Notes under the pieces: model-generated | Seen by the model: the letters and a program-made list of their open reading frames with translations, nothing else | What the model was told of the DNA's origin: nothing | Database searches by the model: none | Assembly (NCBI GenBank): GCA_963422645.2 | Contig: CAXXVO010000005.1 | Span: forward strand, 96,001 to 160,000 | Reading direction: 5' to 3' | Source: Alphaproteobacteria bacterium | GTDB taxonomy: Bacteria > Pseudomonadota > Alphaproteobacteria > UBA828 | Length of the DNA: 64,000 bases | Made by a program: the position numbers and the translations under genes | In this document: piece by piece, positions 8,879-18,945 of the stretch | How the letters are laid out: the number at the start of each line of letters is the position of its first letter | Numbering within the stretch: position 1 is the first letter of the stretch

Positions 8879-9763
8879 ATGCCCCAGCTTCGCCCCGAAG
8901 AGCGCGCGTTCTTCCATGAAAAGGGCTATCTGATGGTCGAGAATGCGGTGGATGCCGCCCTGCTCTCACGACTGAAGCAGGAGTTCGCCGCGTGGGTGGA
9001 GGAGAGCCGGTCTCGCAATGCGGCTTGGGGCGACACCGTGGACGGCCGGCCCCGCTTCGACCTCGAGACGGGTCACAGCAGCGAGAAGCCGTGCCTTCGC
9101 CGGGTCAACGCACCGATGGAGGTCTCGGAGGCCTATCTTGCGGCCTCGCTGGAGAGCCGCATGGTTGACTGCGTCGCCGATCTCATCGGGCCGAACGTGA
9201 AGCTGCACCACACTAAGATCAACTCTAAGCTCCCGGGCGCGCACACCGAGGTCAAATGGCACCAGGACTTCGCGTTCACGCCGCACAGCAACGACGACGT
9301 GGTCACGGCGCTGCTCATGGTTGACGAGGTCACCGAGGAGAACGGCCCGCTCCAGGTCGTTGGCGGCACGCACCGCGGGCCCATCCACAGCCACTGGCAC
9401 GAGGGCGTGTTCACGGGCGCGGTCGCGGACGACGTGGCCGCCACGAGCGTGCCGTCCGCCGAGACCTGCGTGGGCCCGGCGGGCGCGGTGTGCCTGATGC
9501 ACACGCGCCTGCTGCACGGCTCCGCCTCCAACCGCTCCGAGCGGCCGCGCACGCTGCACATCTCGGTCTACAGCGCCGACGACGCGCTCGCCATGTCGCC
9601 CAACCCGGTCCCGAGCCGCTACGAGGGCCGGCTGGTTCGGGGTGAGCGCACCGGGCGCGTGCGCTCGATGAACTACGAGCTCGAATTGCCGCAGCTGCCG
9701 ACCGGGGCCTCGTTCTTCGACCAGCAGGCCCGCCACGGAGACGCCGGCGCCGCGAACTCGTGA
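8879..9763 (+). CDS. Phytanoyl-CoA dioxygenase (PhyH) family Fe(II)/2OG oxygenase
   Basis: WHQD, ENGPL, GSH-like GTH, LLHGS..N.S.RPR. Confidence 0.9.
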   Translation: MPQLRPEERAFFHEKGYLMVENAVDAALLSRLKQEFAAWVEESRSRNAAWGDTVDGRPRFDLETGHSSEKPCLRRVNAPMEVSEAYLAASLESRMVDCVADLIGPNVKLHHTKINSKLPGAHTEVKWHQDFAFTPHSNDDVVTALLMVDEVTEENGPLQVVGGTHRGPIHSHWHEGVFTGAVADDVAATSVPSAETCVGPAGAVCLMHTRLLHGSASNRSERPRTLHISVYSADDALAMSPNPVPSRYEGRLVRGERTGRVRSMNYELELPQLPTGASFFDQQARHGDAGAANS

Positions 9764-9814
9764 GCCGAGCCGCCGCCTCGCTTCCCGGCTAAGTCCCCGC
9801 CGTCCTTGCCATCA

Positions 9815-11083
9815 TTACTGAGGCAAGTGCGAGTGCCACGCGCCCCTGTACACTATGGGCAGCAGCGACGGGTCCGTGACGCTGGGGACCTCATGCACGC
9901 GAACCACGCTGCGGCCGATACCGCAGTCCCCGAATTCATCGCAGCTCAGCGTGCCGAGGATGCCTTGAAAGTCTGCGGTGCCGGCCAGCGCATCGCGGAG
10001 CGCCGCGCGGTCGATGGTGAGCGTCTCCCCATCGACGACCGCAACCTGCTCGATCGCCGAGAGCAGCAGCGTCGTCGCGTCATAGCCGTGCGCCCAGTAC
10101 GAAGACGTTGGCGGCCCGCCGAAGGCGGCCTCGAACGCGGCGAGCACGTCGGCGGCGCTCCTGCCCGTCGCCTGGTTCGTGTTCCCGCTGTCTCCGGGAT
10201 CGGGCGCCGTGAAGTAGAGGCCTGCGCTCTCGGGCAGCGCAAGAAGATCCGTCGTCAAGGTGGCGGCGCCGCCGATCATGGTCACGTCGCCCAGGGCGTT
10301 GCTCTTGGCCGCCTGCTGAATTAGAGCCATTGCCTCCCCCGGGAAGAGAGGGATGAACACGCCCTCGGGCGCTGCGGCGGCGAGCTTGGCCAGCACGGCG
10401 GCCATGTCGGTCTGGCCCTTCTCCACCCGGGCGATGACCGGCACTTCGCCGCCATGCGCGCGGACCTCGACCGCAAAGGCATTCGCGATGGCACTGGTGT
10501 AGGCGTCGCCGTCGTGGACTGTCCCCATCGTGCGCAACCCGAGTTCGTCGAAGCTGAAGTGCGCGACGACGCTCGCCTCGATCAGGTCGTTGTCCGTCAC
10601 GCGGTAGTAGCCCGCGTGGTGGTCGGGCCCGACATTACCGGCGAGGTCGGAGGTGAGCCGGGGCGAGGTGTTGGCCGGCGAGATCATCGAGAGCCCGGCC
10701 GCGCTGAGGATCGGCGATGCCTCCACCGCCGCACCGGAGCAGAGCGTCCCGATGACGCCGACCACCCGCGCGTCGGCAGCGACGATCTCGGCCGCCGCGC
10801 GCCCGCCCTCGCCCGAGCATTTCTCGTCGAGGGTCTGGATGGAAACCGGGTGCCCGTGAATGGGCCCGAAATCCTCGATCGCCAGGTCGATGGCGGTTCC
10901 GATGAGAGGCGACACGGAGGTCACCACCGTCTCGGAAAGAAGCGCGCGAATTTCGATCGGCTCGCCGCCCTTGATCTCAACCGCGCCGAGCGGCCCCGCT
11001 GCGAAACCGTTGCCGCACACGAGGATCGCCGACACAGCGGCGGCAAGCACCGATGCTCGTGTTGTGAGAGTCACGTTGCCCAT
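9815..11083 (-). CDS. Branched-chain amino acid-type ABC substrate-binding protein
   Basis: Signal peptide, GVIGTLCSG, ISPANTSP, GYDA, GILGTLSCDEFGD. Confidence 0.88.
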   Translation of the reverse strand: MGNVTLTTRASVLAAAVSAILVCGNGFAAGPLGAVEIKGGEPIEIRALLSETVVTSVSPLIGTAIDLAIEDFGPIHGHPVSIQTLDEKCSGEGGRAAAEIVAADARVVGVIGTLCSGAAVEASPILSAAGLSMISPANTSPRLTSDLAGNVGPDHHAGYYRVTDNDLIEASVVAHFSFDELGLRTMGTVHDGDAYTSAIANAFAVEVRAHGGEVPVIARVEKGQTDMAAVLAKLAAAAPEGVFIPLFPGEAMALIQQAAKSNALGDVTMIGGAATLTTDLLALPESAGLYFTAPDPGDSGNTNQATGRSAADVLAAFEAAFGGPPTSSYWAHGYDATTLLLSAIEQVAVVDGETLTIDRAALRDALAGTADFQGILGTLSCDEFGDCGIGRSVVRVHEVPSVTDPSLLPIVYRGAWHSHLPQ

Positions 11084-11323
11084 GGCCAGTTCCTTCCCTG
11101 CTTGTCGGTCGTGGTCGTCCAGTGACAAGGTCGCGTCAGTTCTCTGGAACGGGTCTCGCAGCACTATGAACCAAATGCGGGACCGTGACATGGAGTCGAT
11201 CGTACCCGTCGCGATGCGGCCACGACGGGAACCGGGCGCGGGCGCGGCGGCGCGGGCTTGCTATCGTTGCGGCCGGCCGCGGGCGAAAGAGTCGGCGGCA
11301 GCTCTCTCGGGGAGGAGTCGCCG

Positions 11324-12160
11324 GTGAGCAACCCGCGCACCGTAACCGATCATTACACCAGCGGCGACCTGCTGGCGCGGCTCGAGGCAAGGCTGCGGGA
11401 GGACGGGGTCGATCCGTCGCGACCGACCGTCGAGGCGCTGGCGCCCTACGACCACTTCCACGGCCGCGGCCTGGAAGCGACCGAGGACATGGCGGCGCTG
11501 CTCCAGATCGCCGAGACCGACCACATTCTGGATGTCGGCAGCGGCCTCGGCGGGCCCGCGCGCTACCTCGCCCAGCGCTTCGGCTGCCGTGTCAGCGGGA
11601 TCGATCTGACGCCTGAGTTCTGCGACGTCGCGCGCCACCTGACGGCGCTGCTGGGCCTTGAGGACCGGGTCTCCACCGGGCAGGGCGACGCCCTGGCGAT
11701 GCCCTATGACGACGCCTCGTTCGACGGTGCCTACTCGATGAACGTCTCAATGAACATCGCCGACAAGCGTGCGCTCTATCGGGAAATCCGCCGCGTGCTG
11801 AAGCCCGGCGCCTGGCTGGTGCTGTCGGAGGCTGCGCAAGGGCCGGGAGGCAAGCCGGACTACCCGACGCCGTGGGCACGGACCGCCGCGTCGAGCTTTC
11901 TCGCGACCGAGGCCGAGACCCGCGCGAGCCTCGAAGCCTGCGGGTTCGCCATCGAGAGCCTGCGCGATACCACCGAGGCCGCGCTCGCCTACGGCGCCCG
12001 CTCGCGCGCACTGGTGGAGGCCGGCGGCAAGCCGCTGCACCGCGCGGTCTCGCTGATCCACGGCCCGCTCGCCGAGCAGGCTTCGACAAACTCGGCACGA
12101 GCGCTGAGGGAGCGCCGCGCGGTGCCGATCGAGCTTCTTTGCCGCGCGCTGCCGCAGTAG
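11324..12160 (+). CDS. Class I SAM-dependent methyltransferase
   Basis: LDVGSGLGGPAR, GIDLT, GDALAMPY...FD; GGAGGAG RBS before GTG. Confidence 0.88.
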   Translation: MSNPRTVTDHYTSGDLLARLEARLREDGVDPSRPTVEALAPYDHFHGRGLEATEDMAALLQIAETDHILDVGSGLGGPARYLAQRFGCRVSGIDLTPEFCDVARHLTALLGLEDRVSTGQGDALAMPYDDASFDGAYSMNVSMNIADKRALYREIRRVLKPGAWLVLSEAAQGPGGKPDYPTPWARTAASSFLATEAETRASLEACGFAIESLRDTTEAALAYGARSRALVEAGGKPLHRAVSLIHGPLAEQASTNSARALRERRAVPIELLCRALPQ

Positions 12161-12196
12161 AGCGAGTCCTGCGCGCTCGATTGGCGGCGCCGGCTC

Positions 12197-13105
12197 TCAG
12201 CTCCCGCCGTCGTGGTAAGCCCGCGCGATATCCGCGCGGCGACAGATCCAGACGTCATCGTGGCGCAGCACGTGCTCCAGAAAGCGCCGCAGCGCCGCGA
12301 GACGCGCCGGCCGCCCGATGACCCGGCAGTGCAGGCCCACGGAGAGCATCGCCGGGCGCCCGTTGACGCCCTCCCGGTAAAGCTCGTCGAAGGCCGCGCA
12401 GAGGTATTCGGCAAATGCGATCGGCGAGGCAAAGCCGTTCGGCGTGCTGAATTTCATGTCGTTGGTGTCGAGCGCGTAAGGAATGACGAGGTGGCGCCCG
12501 CCCCCCTCCAGCTCGAGCCAGTAGGGAATGTCGTCGTCGTAGGCATCCGAATCGTAGAGCAGGCCGCCGCACTCGATCGCGAGCCGGCGTGAGTTCTCGC
12601 TCATCCGGCCGCAGTAGAAGCCGACCGGCGCCTCTCCCGTCTGCTCGCGGATCGTCTCCTTCGCCATCAGGATGTGCTCGCGCTCGACGTCCTCAGGCAC
12701 ATCGGCGTAGTCGAACCAGCGCCAATTGTGGCTCGCGACCTCGAAGCCCTGGCTCGCGCAGTAACGGCCGACCTCCGGATTCAGCGCGAGCGCCTGGCCC
12801 ACGCCGAATATGGTCGCCGTCACGTCCAGCTCCTCGAAGAGCCGCAGAATGCGCCAGACCCCGGCACGCGCGCCGTAGTCGTAATGGCTCTCGGTATTGT
12901 GGTCCCGCTGGCCCACGCGCGCCTCGATGCCGCAAATCTCGTGGATATAGCTCTCCGAGGTGGCATCGTCGTTCTGGATCGACCGCTCGGCGCCCTCCTC
13001 GTAGTTGAGGACGAGGCTCAGCGCGAGCGGGCTGTCGTCCCGCCAGGGCGGACGCGGGCGCGAGCGGCCGTACCCGACAAAGTCGCGATCGTTCATGGCG
13101 GTCAT
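12197..13105 (-). CDS. puuE: Allantoinase PuuE (polysaccharide deacetylase fold)
   Basis: RDFVGYG, VLNYEEGAE, YGARAGVWR, YDSDAYDDD.PYW, PYALDTND, GLHCRVIGRP. Confidence 0.85.
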   Translation of the reverse strand: MTAMNDRDFVGYGRSRPRPPWRDDSPLALSLVLNYEEGAERSIQNDDATSESYIHEICGIEARVGQRDHNTESHYDYGARAGVWRILRLFEELDVTATIFGVGQALALNPEVGRYCASQGFEVASHNWRWFDYADVPEDVEREHILMAKETIREQTGEAPVGFYCGRMSENSRRLAIECGGLLYDSDAYDDDIPYWLELEGGGRHLVIPYALDTNDMKFSTPNGFASPIAFAEYLCAAFDELYREGVNGRPAMLSVGLHCRVIGRPARLAALRRFLEHVLRHDDVWICRRADIARAYHDGGS

Positions 13106-13391
13106 GTCGTGAAGCTCCTGTATTCGATGTCATCGCAACGCCGCGGCCCACCGCTCCCAGCGCCCGAAATCGGGCTGCGACACCCGCTCGTGCAGGGGCG
13201 CTCAGAATAGATAGGGCCGCTCGCCCTTGCACGCGGCGATTAGGGCCGGCGGGCCTGCGTCGGGGTCGTCGCGTCGCCCCCGCCTCGCTCGGGCCGGCCG
13301 TGGTGTCTCATGCCGATTCGGGCTAGGGTCGCGCCCGCTTGGCGGCCGAGGCCGTCGGGTGGGGAGAGGCATCTGACGCGGCGGGATAGCC

Positions 13392-15455
13392 ATGCGATTT
13401 GCGGTCGATACCGGGGGCACCTTCACCGACCTTGTCGTCGAGTCCGACGACGGGGGCCTGCGCATGTACAAGGCGCCGACCACGCCCTCGGACCCGATCG
13501 CCGGCGTTCTGGAGACGCTGTCCCGCGCCGCAGACGACCTGGGCGAAAGCCGCGAGGCCCTGCTCGGCCGCGGCGAGCTGCTGATCCACGGCACCACGCA
13601 TGCGATCAACGCCATCGTCACCGACAATACCGCCCGCACGGCCTTCCTCACCACCAAGGGCCATCCGGACGTGCTGGTGTTTCGCGAGGGCGGGCGCATC
13701 GAGCCTTTCAACTTCACCGTGCCCTACCCCGAGCCCTACGTGCCGCGCTCGCTTACCTACGAGGTGCCCGAGCGGGTGACCTACGACGGCAGCGTCGCCG
13801 AGCCGCTGGACGAGGCCGCCGTCGTCGCGATCATCGAAGCGCTCAAGGGCCAGGAGATCGAGGCGGTCGGCGTCTGCCTGCTCTGGTCGATCGTGAACCC
13901 CGCCCACGAGCTCCGCGTCGGCGCGCTGCTGGAGCGTCACCTGCCAGGCGTCCCCTACACCCTCTCGCACGTGCTCAACCCCTCGCTCCGCGAATACCGC
14001 CGCGCGTCGTCGACCAGCATCGACGCCTCGCTCAAGCCGCTCATGGGCAGCTATCTCGGCGGCCTGGAGTCGCGCCTGCGCGACGCGGGCTTCGGCGGCC
14101 GGGTCCTGGTGGTCACGACCCAGGGCGGCGCCATGGATGCGGCCGACATGGCGAGCGCGCCGATCCATTCGATCAACTCGGGGCCTGCGATGGCGCCCAT
14201 CGCCGGCCGCGCCTACGCCGAGGCCGATACCGGTGTCGACACCGCCATCATTGCCGACACCGGCGGCACCACCTTCGACGTGAGCCTGGTGCGCGGCGGG
14301 CGCATCCCGTGGACCCGGGAGACCTGGATCGGCCAGCCCTACCGCGGCCACATGACCGGCTTCCCGGCAGTGGACGTGAAGAGCATCGGCGCGGGCGGCG
14401 GCAGCATCGCCTGGGTCGACGAGGGCGGTCTGCTCCACGTCGGGCCGAAGAGCGCCGGCGCCGTGCCCGGCCCGGTCTGCTACGGCGCTGGCGGCACCGA
14501 GCCGACCGTGACCGATGCGTCGGTGATCCTCGGCTGGATCGACCCCGCCCACTTCCTCGGCGGCACCATGGCGCTGGAGACCGAGGCGGCCCGGAACGCC
14601 ATCGAGACCCACGTCGCGAGCAAGCTCGGCCTCTCGCTCCACGAGGCGGCGGCGGCCATCATGAGCGTCGCCACCGAGAACATGGTGCACGCCATCGAAG
14701 ACATCACGGTCAACCAGGGGATCGACCCGCGCGAGGCCGCCATCGTCGGCGGAGGCGGCGCGGCCGGCCTGAACGCGGTCGCCATCGCGCGCCGCCTCGG
14801 CTGCGCGCAGGTGATCCTGCCCGAGGTCGCGGCCGCGCTCAGCGCCCACGGCGCGCTGATCTCGGAGCTCCGGGCCGAGTACAGCGGCACGCTCTACACC
14901 TCCACCGGCGGCTTCGACTTCAACGGCGTGAACGCCCTGCTCGAAGGGCTGGAGCAGAAGTGCCGGGCCTTCATCGAGGGGCCGGGCGCGGGCTCGCTGG
15001 AGCAGGTCGTGGAGTTCACCGCCGAGGCGCGCTATCCCAGCCAGATCTGGGAGATCGAGGTGCCGCTGCGCGCGGACCGGATCGAGGACGAGCGAGCGCT
15101 CACGGCCTTCATCGAAGACTTCCACAAGACCCACGAGGCGTTGTTCACCTTCGCCGACATCGAATCGACGATCGAGACCGTCGGCTGGCGTGCCAACGTG
15201 CGCTGCCGGCTCCGGGACGGCGTCAACCTGAGCGTGGAGAGCGCCGGCGGCGGGCCGGAGATCGCGCACAGCCGCTCGGTCTATTTCCCGGACACGGGCT
15301 TCGTCGAGGCGCGCGTCGTGCATTTCGACGGCATGGGCCCGGGCGAGACCGTGGAAGGGCCCGCGATCATCGAATCGTCCTTCACCACCGTTGTGATCGA
15401 CCCCGGGGCCGAGGCCGAGCGCCGGCCCTCGGGCAGTCTCCTGATAACGCCGTGA
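13392..15455 (+). CDS. Hydantoinase/oxoprolinase subunit A
   Basis: DTGGTFTD, HGTT, SGPA, DTGGTTFDVS, GAGGGSIA, PTVTDA. Confidence 0.93.
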   Translation: MRFAVDTGGTFTDLVVESDDGGLRMYKAPTTPSDPIAGVLETLSRAADDLGESREALLGRGELLIHGTTHAINAIVTDNTARTAFLTTKGHPDVLVFREGGRIEPFNFTVPYPEPYVPRSLTYEVPERVTYDGSVAEPLDEAAVVAIIEALKGQEIEAVGVCLLWSIVNPAHELRVGALLERHLPGVPYTLSHVLNPSLREYRRASSTSIDASLKPLMGSYLGGLESRLRDAGFGGRVLVVTTQGGAMDAADMASAPIHSINSGPAMAPIAGRAYAEADTGVDTAIIADTGGTTFDVSLVRGGRIPWTRETWIGQPYRGHMTGFPAVDVKSIGAGGGSIAWVDEGGLLHVGPKSAGAVPGPVCYGAGGTEPTVTDASVILGWIDPAHFLGGTMALETEAARNAIETHVASKLGLSLHEAAAAIMSVATENMVHAIEDITVNQGIDPREAAIVGGGGAAGLNAVAIARRLGCAQVILPEVAAALSAHGALISELRAEYSGTLYTSTGGFDFNGVNALLEGLEQKCRAFIEGPGAGSLEQVVEFTAEARYPSQIWEIEVPLRADRIEDERALTAFIEDFHKTHEALFTFADIESTIETVGWRANVRCRLRDGVNLSVESAGGGPEIAHSRSVYFPDTGFVEARVVHFDGMGPGETVEGPAIIESSFTTVVIDPGAEAERRPSGSLLITP

Positions 15456-15471
15456 CCCAGGGAGCCGGGCG

Positions 15472-17250
15472 ATGGCAAGGAACACGCTGACCCTCAACGC
15501 AGACGGCACGCTCGACGGCGTGCAGATGGCGATCGTCAACAAGCGGATGGAGGCTATCTGCGGCAAGATGGCCAACACGCTGCTGCGCACCGGACGCTCC
15601 GGCGTGCTCAACAGCGCGCGCGACTTCTCCTGCTGCATCGTGACCGCCGAGAACCGACTGCTCACCGTCAACGAGAGCCTGCCGATTCACGTCCTGCGCG
15701 GTGCCGACATGATGTGCGAATCGATGCAGGAGTTTCACGCCGACCTCAAGCGGGGCGACGCCTACCTCCACAACTCGCCCTACCACGGCTGCTCCCACCC
15801 CGCCGACCACACGACGCTCGTGCCGGTGGTGGATGACGAAGGCGTGCACCGCTTCACCATGGTCGCCAAGGCGCATCAGGCCGATTGCGGCAACTCCATC
15901 GCCACCACCTATCACGGCAGTGCGCGGGACGTGTACGAGGAAGGCGCGCTGATCTTCCCGGCGGTCCAGATCCAGCGCGACTACGAGGACATCGAGGACA
16001 TCGTGCGCATGTGCCGGCTCCGCATCCGCGTGCCGGAGCAGTGGTGGGGCGACTATCTCGCGGCACTCGGCGCGGCGCGGATCGGCGAGCGCGAGATCAT
16101 GGCCTTCGGCAACGAGATCGGCTGGGACACCCTCGCCCAGTTCGCCGAGCAGTGGTTCGACTACAGCGAGCAGTTGATGATCGCGGCCGTGCGCAAGATG
16201 CCCGGCGGCCGCGCCGTGACCACCTCGATGCACGACCCCTTCCCCAATGCAGAGGACGGCATCCCGGTCAAGATCGTGGTCGAGGTGGACCCCGAGGAGG
16301 CCATGGTCGACATCGACCTTCGCGACAACCCCGACGCGATGCCCTGCGGTCTCAACCTGTCGCAGGCCTGCTGCGAGAGCACGCTGCTGCTCGGCGTGTT
16401 CAACAGCATCCCGGACGCGGTGCCGACCAACACCGGTTCCTTCCGCCGCGTGCGCATGCACCTCAAGGAGAACAGCGTCTGCGGCATTCCCAAGCATCCG
16501 ACCAGCTGCTCGGTGGCGACCACCAACCTCGCCGACCGCGTGGGCAACGCGGTGAGCCGGGCAATCGCGGACTTGGGCGACGGCTACGGCATGGCGAGCA
16601 CCGGCTCGATCATCCCGCCCTCCCTCGGCGTCATCTCCGGCACGAGCGAGAAGACCAAGGGCGCTTACGTCAATCAGATCTTCCTGGGCTGGGGCGGCGG
16701 CGCGGCCAGCGCCCAGGCCGACGCCTGGCTCTCGATCGGCCATCTCGGCAACGCCGGCATGTCCTATCAGGATTCCATCGAGCTCGACGAGATGCGCTTC
16801 CCGCTCACCGTGCGCGGGCGGCACTTCATCACCGATTCGGGTGGCCACGGCCGCACGCGTGGCGGCGCCGGCGTCTACTGCGAGTTCGGACCGACCGAGG
16901 GCGATCTGGAAGTGGGCTACGTCAGCGACGGCAACGTCACGGCGCCCGAGGGCGCGCGCGGCGGCACCCCAGGCGAGCGCGCCAACCAGTTCCGGCGCGA
17001 TGCCAACGGCGATCTGCACCGGCTCGACCCCTGCGCCCAGGCGATCATCCCCGAGGGCCACACCATCGTCTCCTACTCCTGCGGCGGCGGCGGCTACGGT
17101 GCGCCGACGGAGCGGCCGGCAGAGCAGGTGGCGAGCGACGTCCGCGAGCGCTGGGTCTCCCCCGAAGCCGCGCGCGACACCTACCGCGTGGCCCTCGACG
17201 AATCCGGCGCCCTCGACCAGCCCGCAACGGAGCAACTGCGCAACGCCTGA
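15472..17250 (+). CDS. Hydantoinase B/oxoprolinase subunit
   Basis: RDFS, NSPYHGCSHPAD, HQAD.G, EEG, DSGGHGRTRGG, GGGGYG. Confidence 0.93.
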   Translation: MARNTLTLNADGTLDGVQMAIVNKRMEAICGKMANTLLRTGRSGVLNSARDFSCCIVTAENRLLTVNESLPIHVLRGADMMCESMQEFHADLKRGDAYLHNSPYHGCSHPADHTTLVPVVDDEGVHRFTMVAKAHQADCGNSIATTYHGSARDVYEEGALIFPAVQIQRDYEDIEDIVRMCRLRIRVPEQWWGDYLAALGAARIGEREIMAFGNEIGWDTLAQFAEQWFDYSEQLMIAAVRKMPGGRAVTTSMHDPFPNAEDGIPVKIVVEVDPEEAMVDIDLRDNPDAMPCGLNLSQACCESTLLLGVFNSIPDAVPTNTGSFRRVRMHLKENSVCGIPKHPTSCSVATTNLADRVGNAVSRAIADLGDGYGMASTGSIIPPSLGVISGTSEKTKGAYVNQIFLGWGGGAASAQADAWLSIGHLGNAGMSYQDSIELDEMRFPLTVRGRHFITDSGGHGRTRGGAGVYCEFGPTEGDLEVGYVSDGNVTAPEGARGGTPGERANQFRRDANGDLHRLDPCAQAIIPEGHTIVSYSCGGGGYGAPTERPAEQVASDVRERWVSPEAARDTYRVALDESGALDQPATEQLRNA

Positions 17251-17330
17251 GTGCTGGGCGGACGGAAGGTCTACTCTCACCCCGAAAAAAATTTGGTTGG
17301 AGGCAGAGTGGGTTTTGGGTGGTCGCAGAA

Positions 17331-17346
17331 TGGATTCGGCGTTGCA
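17331..17346 (+). promoter_or_regulatory. Possible sigma-54 -24/-12 promoter
   Basis: TGGATTCGGCGTTGCA fits GG-N10-GC, about 85 bp upstream of the binding-protein gene. Confidence 0.3.
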
Positions 17347-17431
17347 CCCCGAGGCACGAGTTGACACGATCCGAGGCAGGCAGGGACGGCCCTGCGCGCG
17401 AACTCAAACTTCGTTGAGGAGGAAAATCTCG

Positions 17432-18808
17432 ATGGTCGAACGCAAGGAACAGGAACATCTGCTGCGGCAGGCAGCTCGCGGTCAGCTGCTGCGTGGGGAG
17501 ATCGACAGACGCCAGTTCATGACCCGCAGCATTGCCGCCGGCCTCGGCCTGGCGGGCGCGAGCGTGGTGGCGAACTATGGCTCCGGCAGCGCATTCGCGC
17601 AGGAGCGGCCGCTCACGCCGACCTTCTATCAGTGGATCGAGGACCTGCATCCCTCGATTCCCCAGGTCAACGAGCAGTTCCCTGACATCAACTACCAGAT
17701 CGCACCGGTCGAGGGTTTCGGCATCGAGCGTTTCGTCGCCGAGGCGCGCAGCCAGGAGAGCACCTGGGATGTCTATGTCGGCCAGACCCCATTCGTTGAA
17801 ATGACCTCGATGATCAAGGCCGACGTCATCGAGCCGTGGGATCCCTACATCCCCCAGGACGTGATCGATGACATGATCCCGGCGATCCGCGACGAGTGCA
17901 CCATCGACGGCAAGCTCTACGGCTGGCCCTTCCTGCTCGACGTGATCGGCATGGGCTGGCACTCGAGCATCACCGACGCAGCAGGCGTCGGCGAGACGCC
18001 GCCCGCGACCTGGGACGAATACCTCGCCAACTCCCAGGCCGTGGTGGACAGCGGTGCGGCACCCTTCGGCGCGACCTTCGACGCGCACGGCTGGCGCTCG
18101 CTCGCGCCCATGACCCACAGCCTGAACAGTAACGTCTACACCGAGGACGGTCTCTTCGACTTCACGCACGATGCGGCGGTCGAAGCGCTCATGCTGATGA
18201 AGAAGATCATGGCCGTCTCGCACCCCGACATCCTGCTCGCGGGCGCGACCGACGGCGGCGTCAACGGCACACCCGACGAGGTCGCCTTTGCCGCCCAGCG
18301 TGTCGGCTATTACACCAAGTATTTCAATGCCCCGTTGCGTTTTGCTCAGTATTGGGACGAACCGGGTGCGCTGAAGATGGCCGGGCTTCCCAAGTTCACC
18401 GGCGGCGAGGGCTCGACCGTGTTCTGGACCACAGGCTGCGCGCTCTTCAAGCATGGCAAGAACAAGGAGCAGGTCGCCGAATACATCCGTGCCCTCACCT
18501 ACGACCGGCAGATCTGGCAGGACTCGATCGCCGGCACCGAGACGGCACATCCCGGGCAGCTGCCGCCCTACAAGTCGATCTTCGCCGAGTGGGAGGCCAA
18601 CCCGCCTGAGTGGATGCTGCCCTACGTGGGGCTGGTCCGGGGCCAGCTCGATCGAGCCAAGGCGATCACCAACCACCTGATCGGCCTGCAGCAGTTCATC
18701 ATCGGCCAGTCGACCTGGGAGACCTATCTCAAGGGCGAGGAGCCCGATCCGCGCGTCGCCCTGCAGAACACCATGGATGCGGTGCGCGCCGAGCTGGAAC
18801 GCATGTAG
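17432..18808 (+). CDS. CUT1-type ABC substrate-binding protein with a Tat-like signal
   Basis: GAGGAGG RBS; DRRQFM twin-arginine motif; DGKLYGWP; PPATWDE. Confidence 0.88.
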   Translation: MVERKEQEHLLRQAARGQLLRGEIDRRQFMTRSIAAGLGLAGASVVANYGSGSAFAQERPLTPTFYQWIEDLHPSIPQVNEQFPDINYQIAPVEGFGIERFVAEARSQESTWDVYVGQTPFVEMTSMIKADVIEPWDPYIPQDVIDDMIPAIRDECTIDGKLYGWPFLLDVIGMGWHSSITDAAGVGETPPATWDEYLANSQAVVDSGAAPFGATFDAHGWRSLAPMTHSLNSNVYTEDGLFDFTHDAAVEALMLMKKIMAVSHPDILLAGATDGGVNGTPDEVAFAAQRVGYYTKYFNAPLRFAQYWDEPGALKMAGLPKFTGGEGSTVFWTTGCALFKHGKNKEQVAEYIRALTYDRQIWQDSIAGTETAHPGQLPPYKSIFAEWEANPPEWMLPYVGLVRGQLDRAKAITNHLIGLQQFIIGQSTWETYLKGEEPDPRVALQNTMDAVRAELERM

Positions 18809-18945
18809 CAACGCCTTTCGCCCGGGGGATGGAGCGCGACGAGCGCGCCGTCCCTCGGCGCGTCGCGTACCGGCATTGACACCCTTGCTTGCCCTGCCCG
18901 CGGCGCGCCCGCCTTGCGGGCTCGCCTGACGCCGCGCGCAGCCCC

